A stretch of 64,000 nt of DNA. It comes from a virus. The translations under genes and the position numbers were made by a program. Below the pieces are notes generated by a model. The model saw only the letters and a program-made list of their open reading frames with translations, searched no databases and was not told the origin of the DNA. Shown here in pieces: positions 60,213 through 64,000 of this stretch (position 1 is the stretch's first letter; each line of letters begins with the position of its first letter). The stretch spans positions 32,001-96,000 of the IMG/VR virus record IMGVR_UViG_3300042887_004758; one strand, 5' to 3'.

Positions 60213-61076
60213 ATGAAACTACTACGAAAAATAATATCAGAATATGTAGAGGAAAAAGTCCTCTCTGAAGGTTTTGATGAAGACTTGACCCCTGATTCAA
60301 AGTATTACGCTTTTGATTGGGACGACAATATTGTTTATATGCCGACCAAAATATTGGTTTTATCTGATGACAATAGAGAGGTAGGTATGGGTAGTGAAGA
60401 TTTTGCAAAATACCGTGAACAAATCGGAAAAGAACCCTTTATTTATCACGGACTCACTATTGTTGGTTTTGCAAAAGATCCTTTTAGACATTTCTCAGTT
60501 GCTGGTGATAAACAATTTGTAATTGATGCACTTACCGCACCTCCCGGTCCGTCGTGGAACGACTTTGTAGAGTGTTTAAATGGAGGATCTATATTTGCAA
60601 TTATTACAGCAAGAGGTCACTCACCAAAAGCGATCCGAGAAGCTTGTAAAAATTATCTTCTGATGAACTACAATGGTTTGAATGGAAATGTTTGTTACGA
60701 AAATTTAAAAAAATATCGTGAATTAACAGGTGAAGTTACAAACTCTTCAAAAACCCAAATGATAGACGAATACCTTAATTTGTGTAAATTTTATCCAGTG
60801 ACATATGGAGAGGGAAGTGCTCAAAATCCGGAACAAGGTAAAATAAATGCATTAAGAGAATTCATAGGATATGTAAAAGAAATGTCTGCAAAATTAAACA
60901 ACAGAGCATTTTTCAAGAATGATGTAAAGAATTTTTTTGTACCCCAAATAGGATTTTCTGATGACGATCTTAGAAATATAGAAAAAATCAAAGGATTTCT
61001 AGAAAAAGAATATCCAGAAGAGAGTCCAGTAAAAGTTTTTGCAACACATGGAGGACAAAAAAAAGAAATAAAATAG
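60213..61076 (+). CDS. HAD-superfamily phosphatase-like protein with leader
   Basis: FDWDDN (motif I), ITARGH (II), K, FSDDD (IV); N-terminal MKLLRKIISE. Confidence 0.75.
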   Translation: MKLLRKIISEYVEEKVLSEGFDEDLTPDSKYYAFDWDDNIVYMPTKILVLSDDNREVGMGSEDFAKYREQIGKEPFIYHGLTIVGFAKDPFRHFSVAGDKQFVIDALTAPPGPSWNDFVECLNGGSIFAIITARGHSPKAIREACKNYLLMNYNGLNGNVCYENLKKYRELTGEVTNSSKTQMIDEYLNLCKFYPVTYGEGSAQNPEQGKINALREFIGYVKEMSAKLNNRAFFKNDVKNFFVPQIGFSDDDLRNIEKIKGFLEKEYPEESPVKVFATHGGQKKEIK

Positions 61077-61165
61077 AAATTATAATATTTATAATTAAAA
61101 TAAACAACCTAGTGAACTAACTAGATAAAGAAATAAAATAAACTGAATAAAAGTAAATAGAAAAT

Positions 61166-61654
61166 ATGGCAGACTTACTAATGAAAATGCCGGTTCCTTA
61201 TGAACCCAAAAGAAAAAATAGATTTATCCTCAGATTTCCTTCATCTTTGGGTATAAATGAGTGGTTTGTTGAGTCAACCTCAAGACCAAAAATAACTATC
61301 AATTCCGTTGCTATTCCGTTTTTGAATACTGAAACGTATGTTGCCGGTAAATTCAATTGGGACACTATTAACGTCACCTTTAGAGACCCGATTGGACCGT
61401 CAGCAGCTCAAGCACTGATGGAGTGGGTTAGATTACATGCGGAGTCCGTTACAGGTCGTATGGGTTATGCTGCGGGTTACAAAAAGGATATTGACCTTGA
61501 ACTCTTAGACCCAACCGGTGTTGTGGTTGAAAAGTGGATCCTACAAGGTACGTTCCTTACTGATGTTAACTTTGATTCATTGGGGTATGGCGAAGACGGT
61601 CTTGCTACTATTACCGCAACACTTCGTCCTGATAGATGTATCCTTGTTTATTAA
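61166..61654 (+). CDS. Tail tube protein (gp19-like)
   Basis: EPKRKNRF, YVAGKFNW, YKKDI, W.L.G.F pattern; follows the sheath gene. Confidence 0.88.
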   Translation: MADLLMKMPVPYEPKRKNRFILRFPSSLGINEWFVESTSRPKITINSVAIPFLNTETYVAGKFNWDTINVTFRDPIGPSAAQALMEWVRLHAESVTGRMGYAAGYKKDIDLELLDPTGVVVEKWILQGTFLTDVNFDSLGYGEDGLATITATLRPDRCILVY

Positions 61655-61710
61655 GTTTATAATTATATATTTGTAAGAGATATTGACTTTATTATATTTC
61701 AGTTTATTTT

Positions 61711-61739
61711 AACCTCGGAGCCAATCTCCGAGGTTTTTT
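61711..61739 (+). terminator. Intrinsic terminator after the tail tube gene
   Basis: AACCTCGGAG-CCAAT-CTCCGAGGTTTTTT. Confidence 0.8.
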
Positions 61740-61742
61740 ATT

Positions 61743-62498
61743 ATGGACACTTCAAAAATTTACGGACAAGAAAATTTCAACTTACCACACGATGTGGTTC
61801 CATTACCTTCACAAGGTAAATTTTATGATTCAGGGAAAAAATCACTAAAGGTCGGTTACCTTACGGCAGCAGATGAAAACCTATTAATGAGTCAAAACCT
61901 CAAGGATGTCAACAACATGATCATAACTCTACTGAGGAGTAAAATATATGAACCTGACATTCAACCAGAACAACTTTTGGAAGGAGACGCTGAGGCAATT
62001 TTAGTTTTTTTGAGAAACACTGCGTTTGGATCACAATACAAAATTAAAACAACGGACCCGAAAACAAATGAAATGTTTGAGACCGACATAAATTTGGATG
62101 AACTAAACTTCAAAAAGTTAGAAAAAGAACCTGATCAAAGTGGACATTTTACAATCAAACTCCCAAAATCAGGAAATGAAGTCAAAGTAAAATTACTAAC
62201 TCTTGGAGATCAATTTGCTTTGAGAAAACTAAGAGACTCATATCCTTCGGGAATGGTGGTTCCAATAATCACAAAACGTTTGGAGATGAATATTGTCTCT
62301 ATAGACGGAAATGAAGACAGAAGTGATATATCAAGATTTATAAATATACTTCCAATAGCCGATTCGAAATTTTTGAGAACTGAACTAGAAGGATTGGAAC
62401 CTAGACTTGACCTAAAACAAAGAATTATAGCCCCGTCAGGAGAAGAGGTACAGGTCAATGTATCCTTTGGGGCTGAATTTTTTCGCCCTTTCTTCTGA
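61743..62498 (+). CDS. Baseplate hub assembly/tail assembly chaperone (T4 gp26-like)
   Basis: VPLPSQGKFY, LTAADE, LRNTAFG; ends FFRPFF; follows the tube gene. Confidence 0.7.
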   Translation: MDTSKIYGQENFNLPHDVVPLPSQGKFYDSGKKSLKVGYLTAADENLLMSQNLKDVNNMIITLLRSKIYEPDIQPEQLLEGDAEAILVFLRNTAFGSQYKIKTTDPKTNEMFETDINLDELNFKKLEKEPDQSGHFTIKLPKSGNEVKVKLLTLGDQFALRKLRDSYPSGMVVPIITKRLEMNIVSIDGNEDRSDISRFINILPIADSKFLRTELEGLEPRLDLKQRIIAPSGEEVQVNVSFGAEFFRPFF

Positions 62499-62655
62499 TT
62501 ACAAGCAAATACAACTCAAAGAGTTCTATTACTTGGTGAGAAATACGTCTATGACTTACCAAGACTTACAAATGATGCCGGTTTACGAAAGAAAATTCAT
62601 GATAAAAGAACTTTCCGATGAATTTCAAAGAATAAATGAAAAAAGGAAAGGATGA
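62458..62655 (+). CDS. gp51-like short ORF, probably a +1 frameshift extension of 61743
   Basis: MPVYERKF motif; overlaps the upstream gene across TTTTTTC. Confidence 0.6.
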   Translation: MYPLGLNFFALSSDYKQIQLKEFYYLVRNTSMTYQDLQMMPVYERKFMIKELSDEFQRINEKRKG

Positions 62656-62695
62656 TCAGAAATTTCAAATTCATCTATTTATAAAATAAAAATAG

Positions 62696-64000
62696 ATGCC
62701 ATATAGTCCATTAAGTTTTGATAATAGTATTTCTGAATTTTTCAGAACAAATAATATTATCAGAAATCTTCCACCCTACACCGTAGAAGGTAGTTTCTCT
62801 ACCCAAGTTTCAGGGGAAAATGGTATATTTCCAATAAAACTTAGGAACATGGCGGTCCAAGATTCAGCCGAATTGATAGAGATATATCCTGAATATTTAG
62901 AAAAACAATACCTTTTGAATTTTTTTGGGCCCCAAGATGGATTTGGGGTTCCGATCTCCATACAAGACATTCAAAATATAGTTACAAATAGAGACACCTA
63001 CTACACATTTGTAGCTTCGTTTTACCCACTACAAAACATTGTATTCCAAATCAACCCTGTTGGTTCGGAAGCGTCATTAAGTAACGACTCAAAACTTGCG
63101 CAGATCTCTGCTGATTTGTTGAAACAACAGTTTCAATATAGAATTGGTCAAGAAATTAGAGAAGAAACTTTTGGACGAATCAATTTATTGGACGCATTAT
63201 CGGATCCTTACGAAGCAACTGCGTTATTAACGGGGAACCGAACTTTGATAGAAAGAAATTGGCAGATTTCACAACCTGACAATTTGGTGGGTAAAGGATT
63301 AGATTTAGTTTCAAGGATCACAGGTGTGTATAGTCCATATTCTTGGATTCCCGGAGATTACTTTGACGATTCGGCACCAGTCACGGCAAACGAACAAACA
63401 ACTGTAGGTGGGAGAATTGTAAACGACTTAAGACAAGCGATTTCATCTGTTATAGGAATTGGTAGACCCGAATTAGACCCTTCATATAACTTTTTACAAA
63501 ACACAGGTGGAGGTCAAAAATCTGTTTTATTCAATAATCTTGAATTTAACAAGTATAGACCCGAATACAGAAGTTCTCAAGTACAAGCTGCTCAGACCTT
63601 ACTTGGACAGGGGATACAATCAATAGCCGAATTAGGTAGAGCACTGGGTGGAACACAACCACCCGCGGGACAATACTATCTTGGAACACAACAAACACCG
63701 ATCCCTAATTTAGTCGCACCACCAAATGAACAACCATCGGGTATGGATGGTGTTCCTGTTTATGGTTATACCATTTTGGGAAAAACATATGAAGGGGAAG
63801 GGTTAGACGGTACTTTCAGATTCGGATTTGCCGGTAGATCATTCTATAATCAAGGAGATATTCAAGGAGGTTTTTCATGGGCGGGTGCGGAAACAACACC
63901 TATTGGTGCTTTTGTAGGCCCTAATGGCACAACCTTTGGTGGAAATGCGTCTTCGACATTCGGAGGGACGGTTTCTGACGGATTTGCATTTACAAAAGAT
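62696..64000 (+). CDS. Large putative baseplate/virion protein, truncated by the window end (not in the ORF track)
   Basis: ATG at 62696 (MPYSPLSFDNSISEFFR...) appears open to the window end; TATTTAT at 62676. Confidence 0.8.
   Translation, partial: MPYSPLSFDNSISEFFRTNNIIRNLPPYTVEGSFSTQVSGENGIFPIKLRNMAVQDSAELIEIYPEYLEKQYLLNFFGPQDGFGVPISIQDIQNIVTNRDTYYTFVASFYPLQNIVFQINPVGSEASLSNDSKLAQISADLLKQQFQYRIGQEIREETFGRINLLDALSDPYEATALLTGNRTLIERNWQISQPDNLVGKGLDLVSRITGVYSPYSWIPGDYFDDSAPVTANEQTTVGGRIVNDLRQAISSVIGIGRPELDPSYNFLQNTGGGQKSVLFNNLEFNKYRPEYRSSQVQAAQTLLGQGIQSIAELGRALGGTQPPAGQYYLGTQQTPIPNLVAPPNEQPSGMDGVPVYGYTILGKTYEGEGLDGTFRFGFAGRSFYNQGDIQGGFSWAGAETTPIGAFVGPNGTTFGGNASSTFGGTVSDGFAFTKD

Noticed and set aside
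61666-61673. Bacteroidota -7 promoter element TATATTTG
   Set aside because: Single match in AT-rich DNA, followed by a terminator; insufficient support
1-64000. Stop-codon reassignment, tRNA or rRNA genes, integrase or transposase
   Set aside because: Long genes are intact in the standard code with TAA, TAG and TGA all used as stops; no cloverleaf or mobile-element signature recognised

Overview
This window is a 64-kb segment of an AT-rich, T4-like (myovirus-type) jumbo phage genome read in the standard code. The host is most likely Bacteroidota, inferred from a T9SS C-terminal domain protein, a Bacteroidota-type TonB-dependent receptor, a DUF4494-like gene and A-rich starts without Shine-Dalgarno sequences. 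Core genes: head module (prohead protease, acidic scaffold, major capsid), baseplate/spike genes, gp55-like sigma factor, PhoH, dUTPase, exonuclease, family B DNA polymerase, SNF2 helicase, neck proteins, tail sheath and tail tube. Two glycosyltransferase clusters and a host-derived TBDR + T9SS cargo pair are also present. Most notable: (1) CRISPR-like mini-arrays (36-nt repeat + 30-nt unique spacer, period 66 nt = 22 codons) sit in frame at the 3' ends of two paralogous small genes (54066-54233, 54536-54637), with no cas gene in the window; (2) a probable phage-encoded mucin-type O-glycosylation system, with a GT60-like initiating transferase and elongating GTs/methyltransferases embedded among Thr/Pro-rich, Cys-rich virion proteins; (3) a likely +1 programmed frameshift at the tail-chaperone position; (4) a TATTTAT candidate late-promoter motif and a shared IKKILKEE-type leader; (5) a SOD fused to a nuclease-like domain. 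All functional calls come from motif recognition by eye; no searches were run.
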